Assembly: GCA_031459875.1 (NCBI GenBank) | Contig: JAVKHQ010000011.1 | Coordinates: 17,500 to 81,499, forward strand | Source of the DNA: Candidatus Fervidifonticultor sextus | GTDB taxonomy: Bacteria > Sysuimicrobiota > Sysuimicrobiia > Sysuimicrobiales > Humicultoraceae | DNA: 64,000 bases | Direction: 5' to 3' | Shown here: piece by piece, positions 55,446 to 64,000 of the stretch | How positions within the stretch are numbered: position 1 is the first letter of the stretch | Layout: each line of letters starts with the position of its first letter | Translations under genes and position numbers: made by a program | The notes under the pieces: model-generated | What the model saw: the letters and a program-made list of their open reading frames with translations, nothing else | Database searches by the model: none | Told to the model about the DNA's origin: nothing

Positions 55446-56432
55446 CTAGACCAGCTGCTCGTAGATCCTCCGGAGCCCCGCCCCGACTTCCTCCAGGGAG
55501 TGGGCGGCGGCAAACCGGCGCGCGGCCTCCCCCAGGCGCGTCCGGAGGTCGGGGTCGGCAGCCAGTCGCGCCAGGTGCGCGGAGAACTCCTCCGCGTCGG
55601 CGGCCATCAGACAGTTCCCCCCGCCGACGAAGCGGTCCGCGAAGCACTCGGCATCCCGGAGGACCAGCGGCCTGCCCGCCGCCGCCGCCTCGAGGACGGC
55701 GATCCCCTCGTTCTCGACGGCGCTGGGGAAGAAGAAGATGTCGCCCGCGGCGTACGCTTCGGTCACGTTCTCCACGTAGCCGGGGAAGCGCACGTTGGGC
55801 GGCGCGTCCTCGATCACGCGCAACGTCTCCGCCTTCACGGCCCGGTGAATCCGTCCAAACCAGACGAAGGTGAGGTGGGGGAGCAGCCGGGCGACCTCAC
55901 AGAACACGTCGACGCCCTTGCGCAGCAACACCAATCCCACCGCGAACACCACGATCCCGCGGAGCAGGTGGCGGCCTCGTCCCAGCGAGCGGGCGCGCCG
56001 CAGCGACTCGAACCGCCGGAGGTCCACCCCGTTGGTGAGGACCGCAATGGGCCGCTCCACGCCGTGGCGCTGCAGCACACGCTTCGTGTAGGTGGTCGGC
56101 GCGATCACCAGGTCCGCCTTGTTGTAGAAGCGGGTCAGCAGCCGGCCCAGCGGCGCGGCCAGCATGTCGCTCATGACGAACGAGTTGGCGAAGTCCTCGG
56201 CCGTGGTGTGGCCGTGGATGACCACCGGTCGCACGCCGCCGTACTTCTCGGCCAGGTAGTAGGACCGGGGTCCGAGGGCCTCCAGGTGGAGGACGTCAAA
56301 CGGCTCGTCCGGGTCGCTCGTGACCGAGACCCCGGCGGACCGGAGTGCTCGAACCTGGTTGTCGTACGCCTGGCGGATCCCGCTGCTCCACGAGGCGGGG
56401 TGGTTGTGCTCGAAGTACAGGCAGACCTTCAC
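55446..56432 (-). CDS. GT4 glycosyltransferase (possibly a glycolipid synthase)
   Basis: 'HGHTTAEDF', 'NGVD', 'RKGVD', 'ENEGIAVLEA' (EX7E). Confidence 0.88.
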   Translation of the reverse strand: MKVCLYFEHNHPASWSSGIRQAYDNQVRALRSAGVSVTSDPDEPFDVLHLEALGPRSYYLAEKYGGVRPVVIHGHTTAEDFANSFVMSDMLAAPLGRLLTRFYNKADLVIAPTTYTKRVLQRHGVERPIAVLTNGVDLRRFESLRRARSLGRGRHLLRGIVVFAVGLVLLRKGVDVFCEVARLLPHLTFVWFGRIHRAVKAETLRVIEDAPPNVRFPGYVENVTEAYAAGDIFFFPSAVENEGIAVLEAAAAGRPLVLRDAECFADRFVGGGNCLMAADAEEFSAHLARLAADPDLRTRLGEAARRFAAAHSLEEVGAGLRRIYEQLV

Positions 56433-56510
56433 AGGCCACTGTACCTCTCGGCTGGATGTCCACTGGAGGAATTCGGCCAAACCTCTGGTGAACCTCCCGG
56501 TTCGCCCGCC

Positions 56511-56540
56511 TGGACGCGGGAGGAGGGGGCGTGCTACACT
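56511..56540 (+). promoter_or_regulatory. Promoter of the ileS leader
   Basis: TGGACG-N18-TACACT with TG extension. Confidence 0.6.
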
Positions 56541-56547
56541 ACCGCCG

Positions 56548-56800
56548 TCATCCGGCGATGCGGGGGACGGGCCGGCGGATGCGCGCAGAGCGAGCCGGGG
56601 GCGGTGCGAGCCCGGCGGCGGGGATGCCGGGACCCCATCACCCCCAAGCCGCGGCCCGAGCGGATCGGATCCGGGTAGGCGCCGCCGGTGCTCCCCCGTG
56701 ACCGGGAGGCTTGAGGGCCGGGCGGCCGGTTGGCCGTCCGGAACCAGGGTGGTACCACGGGTGCATCCCGTCCCTACGGGGCGGGATGTCGTGCTTCTCG
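56548..56800 (+). promoter_or_regulatory. Ile T-box riboswitch
   Basis: Stem I motifs (GCGATG, AGCGA, GGTGCGAG), specifier ATC at 56637-56639, T-box AGGGTGGTACCACGG (56746-56760), downstream CGTCCCT and hairpin 56764-56788; boundaries approximate. Confidence 0.9.
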
Positions 56801-56835
56801 TGGCGCACGTTCGAGGAAGGGAGAGGTCGGTCTCG

Positions 56836-59800
56836 ATGCCGCAGTTCAAGCCGGTACCCACGAAGGTGGACTTCCCCGCCGTCGAGCGCCAGATCCTGGA
56901 TTGGTGGCGCGCCGAGGGGATCCTGACCCGCTACCTGCGCCGCAACGAGGGCGCGCAGCAGCGCTTCTCCTTCCTGGACGGTCCGATCACGGCCAACAAC
57001 CCGATGGGCATCCACCACGCCTGGGGCCGCACCTACAAGGATCTGGTCTGCCGCTACAAGACCATGCGCGGGTTCCGGCAGCGCTACCAGAACGGCTTCG
57101 ACGGGCAGGGCCTCTGGGTCGAGGTCGAGGTCGAGAAGGAACTGGGATTCAAGAGCAAGCGCGACATCGAGATCTTCGGCATCGGGGCGTTCGTCGAACT
57201 GTGCAAGCAGCGCGTCTTCCGCTTCGCCGACCTCATCACCCAGCAGTCGCTGCGCCTGGGCCAGTGGATGGACTGGGACCACTCCTATCACACCCTGGCC
57301 GACGAGAACAACTACACGATCTGGTACTTCCTCAAGCGCTGCTGGGAACGCGGGATGATCTACAAGGGCCACGACGTGATGCCCTGGTGCCCCCGCTGCA
57401 GCACGGGGATCTCCGAGCACGAGATCGTCACCGAGGGCTACCGAGAACTCACCCACCCGGGTCTGGTCGTCCGCTTCCCGCTCCTCGATGAGCCCGCGCG
57501 GGCGCTGCTGATCTGGACCACGACGCCGTGGACGCTGACCAGCAACGTGGCGGCGGCCGTGCATCCCGACCTGACCTACGTGCGGGTGCGCCAGGGGCAG
57601 GAGGAGTTCTACCTCTGTGAGGGGGCCGTGGGGATCCTCAAGGGGCCCTACGAGGTCCTGGAGGCCATCCCGGGCTCGGCGCTGGTGGGCCGGCGCTACC
57701 GCGGGCCCTTCGACGACCTGCCGGTCCAGCGGGACGTCGTCCACCGCGTCATCCCCTGGAAGGAGGTCAGCGCCGAGGAGGGCACCGGCGTCGTGCACAT
57801 CGCGCCGGGCTGCGGCGCCGAGGACTTCGCGCTGGGCAAGGAGTTCGACCTGCCGATCCTGGCGCCGCTGGACGAGTTCGGCGTCTTCGGCGCTGGCTAC
57901 GGCTGGCTGGAGGGCCGGTCCGTCTATGAGGTCGCCGGACCCATCGAGCGACGGCTGGCCGAGCAGGGGCTGCTCTACCGCTCCGACCCCTACACCCACC
58001 GGTATCCGGTCTGCTGGCGCTGCGGCAGCGAACTGATCTTCCGCCTGGTGGACGAGTGGTTCATCGCCATGGACCCGATCCGCGACGTCATGATGGAGGT
58101 CACCCGGCAGATCCGCTGGATCCCCGAGTTCGGGCTGGAGCGCGAGTTGGACTGGCTGCGCAACATGCACGACTGGATGATCAGCAAGAAGCGGTACTAC
58201 GGCCTGGCGCTGCCCATCTACGAGTGCCGGGCCTGCGGGAGCTTTGAGGTCATCGGGTCCCGGGAGGAACTGCGGACGCGCGCTGTCGAGGGGTGGGAGG
58301 TCTTCGAGGATCACTCGCCGCATCGGCCGTGGGTGGATGCCGTGAAGATCCGGTGCGCCACCTGCGGGGAGGTCGTCCCACGCATCGCGGATGTGGGGAA
58401 TCCCTGGCTGGACGCCGGCATCGTGCCGTTCTCGACCCTGGTGGATCCCGCCACCGGCAAGGTGTCCTACCTGGACGACCGGCGCTACTGGCAGGAGTGG
58501 TTCCCGGCCCACTTCATCACCGAGGCGTTTCCCGGCCAGTACCGCAACTGGTTCTACTCACTGTTGGTCATGAGCACCGTGCTGGAAGGCCGGCCGCCGT
58601 TCTTGACCTGCCTGGGCCACGCCATGGTCCGGGACGAACAGGGGCGGGAGATGCACAAGTCGTGGGGAAACGCCATCGACTTCGAGGAGGCGGCCGACCG
58701 CATCGGCGCCGACGTGGTGCGGTGGCTGTTTGCGGTGCAGAATCCCGCCCAGAACATCAACTTCGGCTACGGGCCGGCCGACGACGTGCGCCGGCGGTTC
58801 ATCCTCCTCTGGTGGAACGTCTACGCCTTCTTCGTGACCTACGCCTCGCTGGAGTCCGTGGACCTGGCCGCGCTGGCCGCCTCGCCGCCGCCGCTGCGGC
58901 TGCTGGACCGCTGGATCCTCTCGCGCCTGAACCGACTGGTCGCCACCATGCGCGCGCGCCTGGACGACTTCGACATCGCCGGCGCGGCGCGCCCTGTTGA
59001 GGAGTTCGTGGACGAGTTGTCCACCTGGTACGTCCGGCGCAGCCGGCGCCGCTTCTGGAAGAGCGAGGACGACGTCGACAAGCGCGCGGCCTACTACACC
59101 CTCTACCGCACCCTGAAGACGCTGACCCTGGCCGCCGCGCCGTTCGTCCCCTTCCTGACCGAGGCAATCTACCAGAACCTGGTGCGCCCGGTGGAGCCGG
59201 ACGCGCCGGTCAGCGTGCACCTGTGCGACTACCCCGAGCCCCAGGCCGAGGCCCTGGATGCTGACCTGGAGGCCTCCATGGCGTTGATCCGGGAGCTGGT
59301 GTCGCTGGGCCGCGCGGCACGGGCTGCGGCCCGCATCCGCGTCCGCCAGCCGCTCCCGGCGGTGCTCGTTGCCAGCCAGGATCGCACGCTCCGCGTGCAC
59401 CCCGAACTGGTCGAGCTCCTGGCCGACGAACTCAACGTCAAGGCCGTCCGGTTTGTTGACGATGTGTCAGGCTACGTCACGCCCGAGGTCAGGCCGCGCT
59501 TCGACCGGCTGGGACCGAAGTACGGGGGACGGGTCCAGGCGGTGGCCGCGGCCCTGCGGGCGCTGCCGGCCGCCGACGTGGCCGCGGCGCTGGCTAGGGG
59601 TGAGGGTCCCACCGTGGAGGTCGGCGGGGAGATCCTCCGGCTCGACCCCGACGAGGTGGACGTGCGCCTCAAGACCGCTCCCGGCTACGCCGCAGAGGGG
59701 GCCGGCGGTCACGTGGTGATCCTGGAGACCACCGTGGACGAGACGCTGGCGCGGGAGGGATGGGCCCGGGAACTGGTCCACCACATCCAGCAACTGCGCA

Positions 59801-60039
59801 AGGAGCGCGGCCTGGACGTCAGCGACCGGATCACGCTCTACCTGGACAGCGACCAGGACCTCCACGCGATCCTGGCGGCCCACCGCGCCTACATCATGGC
59901 CGAGACCCTGAGCGTTGCCATCGTCACCGACGCCCGGGCGCGCGAGGGGGCCAGGGAAGTTCGCCTGGACGGGCTCGTGGCCCGGATTGCCGTGGCACCG
60001 GTCAGGCGCAGTATTGCCAGCCAGGGGGATGCCGGGTAA
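56836..60039 (+). CDS. ileS: Isoleucyl-tRNA synthetase, type 2
   Basis: 'FLDGPITAN', 'WTTTPWTL', 'GTGVVHIAP', 'DWMISKKRY', 'WYVRRSRRRFW', IleRS2-type C-terminus; preceded by an Ile T-box. Confidence 0.96.
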   Translation: MPQFKPVPTKVDFPAVERQILDWWRAEGILTRYLRRNEGAQQRFSFLDGPITANNPMGIHHAWGRTYKDLVCRYKTMRGFRQRYQNGFDGQGLWVEVEVEKELGFKSKRDIEIFGIGAFVELCKQRVFRFADLITQQSLRLGQWMDWDHSYHTLADENNYTIWYFLKRCWERGMIYKGHDVMPWCPRCSTGISEHEIVTEGYRELTHPGLVVRFPLLDEPARALLIWTTTPWTLTSNVAAAVHPDLTYVRVRQGQEEFYLCEGAVGILKGPYEVLEAIPGSALVGRRYRGPFDDLPVQRDVVHRVIPWKEVSAEEGTGVVHIAPGCGAEDFALGKEFDLPILAPLDEFGVFGAGYGWLEGRSVYEVAGPIERRLAEQGLLYRSDPYTHRYPVCWRCGSELIFRLVDEWFIAMDPIRDVMMEVTRQIRWIPEFGLERELDWLRNMHDWMISKKRYYGLALPIYECRACGSFEVIGSREELRTRAVEGWEVFEDHSPHRPWVDAVKIRCATCGEVVPRIADVGNPWLDAGIVPFSTLVDPATGKVSYLDDRRYWQEWFPAHFITEAFPGQYRNWFYSLLVMSTVLEGRPPFLTCLGHAMVRDEQGREMHKSWGNAIDFEEAADRIGADVVRWLFAVQNPAQNINFGYGPADDVRRRFILLWWNVYAFFVTYASLESVDLAALAASPPPLRLLDRWILSRLNRLVATMRARLDDFDIAGAARPVEEFVDELSTWYVRRSRRRFWKSEDDVDKRAAYYTLYRTLKTLTLAAAPFVPFLTEAIYQNLVRPVEPDAPVSVHLCDYPEPQAEALDADLEASMALIRELVSLGRAARAAARIRVRQPLPAVLVASQDRTLRVHPELVELLADELNVKAVRFVDDVSGYVTPEVRPRFDRLGPKYGGRVQAVAAALRALPAADVAAALARGEGPTVEVGGEILRLDPDEVDVRLKTAPGYAAEGAGGHVVILETTVDETLAREGWARELVHHIQQLRKERGLDVSDRITLYLDSDQDLHAILAAHRAYIMAETLSVAIVTDARAREGAREVRLDGLVARIAVAPVRRSIASQGDAG

Positions 60040-60084
60040 GATAGGGGCGGTTTTGTGGCTGAAATCCGCGAAGGAGTGACCACC

Positions 60085-60669
60085 ATGCCGAGCAGGGCTG
60101 CCGGCAAGCCGCGCAAGAACCCCAGGGGATCGGTCAGGGCCGCTGGGTCGCGCGCCAGGACGCGGGCCAGGCCTGCACCGCCCGCCGGGAACACGAAGGC
60201 CAGGGCTGCGCGCGCGGTCCGCCTCAGCCTGAAGCCCGCGCCCACGCGGACCCCCAGGAGCGCCGTTCGTCCCTCCCCCAAGGCCCGGCCCCTGACCCGG
60301 CGTGAGGTGGAGGAGTTCCGCAAGATCCTCGAGGTCGAGCGCCAGCGCCTGGCCGAGGAACTGGAGCGGATCGAAGAGCACCTGCCGGAGGTCGAACCCG
60401 TCAGCGCCGACGCCGCCGGGGGCTATGACGAGGATCTGGCAGACGTGGCCAGCGACGCCTTCGAGCGCGAGAAGGGCATCGCCATCGAGAACAGCGTCCA
60501 GGAACTGCTGGACCAGGTGGAGGAAGCCCTGGGCCGGATCGAGGAAGGCACGTTCGGGACCTGCGAGGTGTGCGGGCAGCCGATCAGCATCGAGCGGCTG
60601 CGGGCCATCCCCTACGCCCGGCTGTGCATCGACTGCAAGGCGCGCGAAGAACAGGCGATCCCGCGATAG
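60085..60669 (+). CDS. dksA: DksA/TraR family C4 zinc finger protein
   Basis: 'DLADVA' (DxxDxA), 'CEVC...RL.AIP.A.LCIDC'; AAGGAG RBS. Confidence 0.85.
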   Translation: MPSRAAGKPRKNPRGSVRAAGSRARTRARPAPPAGNTKARAARAVRLSLKPAPTRTPRSAVRPSPKARPLTRREVEEFRKILEVERQRLAEELERIEEHLPEVEPVSADAAGGYDEDLADVASDAFEREKGIAIENSVQELLDQVEEALGRIEEGTFGTCEVCGQPISIERLRAIPYARLCIDCKAREEQAIPR

Positions 60670-60680
60670 GCCGCCCGGCT

Positions 60681-61154
60681 GTGCCCCGGCGGCGCACCTG
60701 GCGCGGCCCGGTGCTCGGCGCGGTGGCGGTCGCCGCCGCCGACCAGGCCGTCAAGGCCCTGGTGAGCCTGGCGCTCCCGCCATCGACCAGCGTGCCGGTG
60801 ATCCCGGGCGTCTTGAGCCTCACCCACGTCCAGAACACCGGCGTCGCCTTCGGGCTGTTCGCCGGCCTCTCGCCGGTGGTGACCGCCCTGGCCGCCTTGA
60901 CCCTGCTCTTGGTGCTCTTCTACAATAAGGGCCGCTGGCTGGCAGCCCGCACCGCCGGGGTCGGGGTGGCCGCGATGGCCGGCGGAGCGGCCGGGAACCT
61001 GTTCGACCGCGCACGCCTCGGGTACGTGGTGGATTACCTGGACCTGCACGTCTGGCCCGTCTTCAACATGGCCGACGTGGCCATCGTCATCGGCGCGGGG
61101 GTCCTGGTGCTGGCCCTGTCGCGCGAGGGGCGCGCGGGACAGGCCGGGAGGTGA
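60681..61154 (+). CDS. lspA: Lipoprotein signal peptidase II (start uncertain)
   Basis: 'DQAVK', 'NTGVAFG', 'GNLFDR', 'VVDY', 'PVFNMAD'. Confidence 0.94.
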   Translation: MPRRRTWRGPVLGAVAVAAADQAVKALVSLALPPSTSVPVIPGVLSLTHVQNTGVAFGLFAGLSPVVTALAALTLLLVLFYNKGRWLAARTAGVGVAAMAGGAAGNLFDRARLGYVVDYLDLHVWPVFNMADVAIVIGAGVLVLALSREGRAGQAGR

Positions 61155-61158
61155 TGGT

Positions 61159-61958
61159 GTGCGGCCGATCCTCTTCTCGCTGTGGGGGATCCCCATCTCG
61201 GCGTTCGGTGTCTTCCTACTGGCAGGCGGCGGGGTGGCGATCGCGATGGCCCGCCGCCGCGCGCAGACCGGGCTCGGGGTCGATCCCACCTGGACCCTGG
61301 ACCTCTCCCTGTACACCATCCTGGTCGCCATTGTCGGCGGCCGGCTCGGATACATCGTGGCGAATCCCTGGGAGTTTGTCGGCGCGCCGGCCCGGATGTT
61401 AACGATCTGGTCCAACGGCGGCCTCGTGTACTACGGCGCACTGGCCGCGGGGCTGTGGTATCTCCGGCAGGCTGTGCGCCGCCAGCAGCTCCCGTTCCGC
61501 CAGGTGCTCGACGTCTTCGCGGCTCCGCTGGTGCTGGGCTACGGGATTGCCATGATCGGTGCGCTCATGCACGGGCTCTTCGCCGGGAACCCCACCGGCG
61601 TGCCGTGGGCAGTCGAGCTGGCCCTGGCGCCCGGTCCGCGTCACCCGACTGCCGCCTACCTGCTGCTGGCGTCTCTGGGGATCCTGGCGATCCTGCGGGC
61701 ACAGCGCGACCGTGACCTTCCCGCTGGCGCCCTGTTCGCGCTGGCCGTGCTCCTCCAGGCGTTTGCGCGATTCATCGCAGACTTCTTCGTGGACCCGACC
61801 CTGTCGGCCGGCCCGGTGCTCAGACAGGCTCTCATGGTAGGCCCGGTGACATTGGGACAGGTGGCCAGCGCGATCGTCATGGGACTGGCGGCCGTCGTGC
61901 TGGTCAGGTGGCGGCGTGAGGAGGGCGTCCCGGAGCCGCCCGCCGAGGTGCCGGCCTA

Positions 61959-61959
<1 letters not shown>
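61159..61959 (+). CDS. lgt: Prolipoprotein diacylglyceryl transferase family protein (divergent)
   Basis: 'MRPILF', 'GGRLGY', 'GGLVYYG', 'GVPWA', 'RHPT', 'RFIADF'; next to lspA. Confidence 0.8.
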
Positions 61960-63568
<1,609 letters not shown>

Positions 63569-63877
63569 TTTGGGGTCCGCGGGCTCATCGGTCGCAGTGT
63601 GTTCCTTGTCGCCACAGAGGGCGCGGCTGCCACTGCTCATTCACGCAATGCACGACGGTAACGACGATGCTTGCCGTTGGTGCAACGGGTCATCGAGCAA
63701 GTACGCCGGCGGACGCTATCTGCTCACCAGTATGTGAATCACCTCGTCCTCTGCCACCGCGAATACGATCCCACGATATACGAGCAACTCCACGCCTTCT
63801 CTGTTCGTGGAGGTGCGGTCGGGAGGACCGTGTCGGGTTAGCACGGTTGCTCTCCCATCGCCCAGCCGCACTCCTAG

Positions 63878-64000
63878 CAGGATGCTGAAGAACGCATGTT
63901 GATGCACGAGCTTGCTGCCATCCCAGCCTCCTCGGTTATCTCCGCGGTGGGGTCATGCCTCGCCGACCGGGGTTGCTCCTCGATCTCTGCGGGGTGGTCT
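63878..64000. mobile_element. End of a second, related IS5-like element running off the window
   Basis: CTAG (63874-63877) then CAGGATGCTGAAgaacgcATGTTGATGCA, similar to the 54115 end CAGGATGCTGAAattcgaATGTTGATGCA. Confidence 0.75.

Noticed and set aside
56320..56835. N-terminal extension of the ileS ORF, and of the GT4 ORF up to 56861
   Set aside because: The region holds the promoter and T-box leader; conserved protein sequence begins at 56836 and 56432

Overview
This is a high-GC (about 70% by spot count) bacterial chromosome segment with Terrabacteria-type gene content (ECF transporter, IreB/ReoM, SepF, T-box-controlled ileS); the exact taxon cannot be fixed from this window. Most of it is housekeeping: ecfT-truA-tRNA(CAT)-ireB-murA, a deoC/aldehyde dehydrogenase pair, a Phd-VapC toxin-antitoxin module, tRNA-Val, rnhA-rnpB, namZ, the dcw cluster (mraZ to ftsZ, no ddl), nrdR-nrdJ, phnDCE, pgeF-yggS-sepF-mtnA, two glycosyltransferases separated by an intact IS5-like element, and ileS-dksA-lspA-lgt-rluD-pyrR. 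The best candidate for an undescribed system is a low-GC insert at about 15.6-22.1 kb. It holds an unannotated 23-aa ORF with its own RBS, two tandem membrane-anchored HD-GYP proteins (one degenerate, one canonical) and a SARP/BTAD-NTPase-TPR regulator, and may be a peptide-linked cyclic-dinucleotide signalling module. Other points of note: ireB/reoM directly upstream of murA, an IleRS2 with GIHH in place of HIGH, probable AUA and AUC start codons for rsmH and rluD, a tRNA-Ile2 with an atypical T-loop, and divergent MurD and Lgt. All calls come from reading motifs by eye; no database searches were run.
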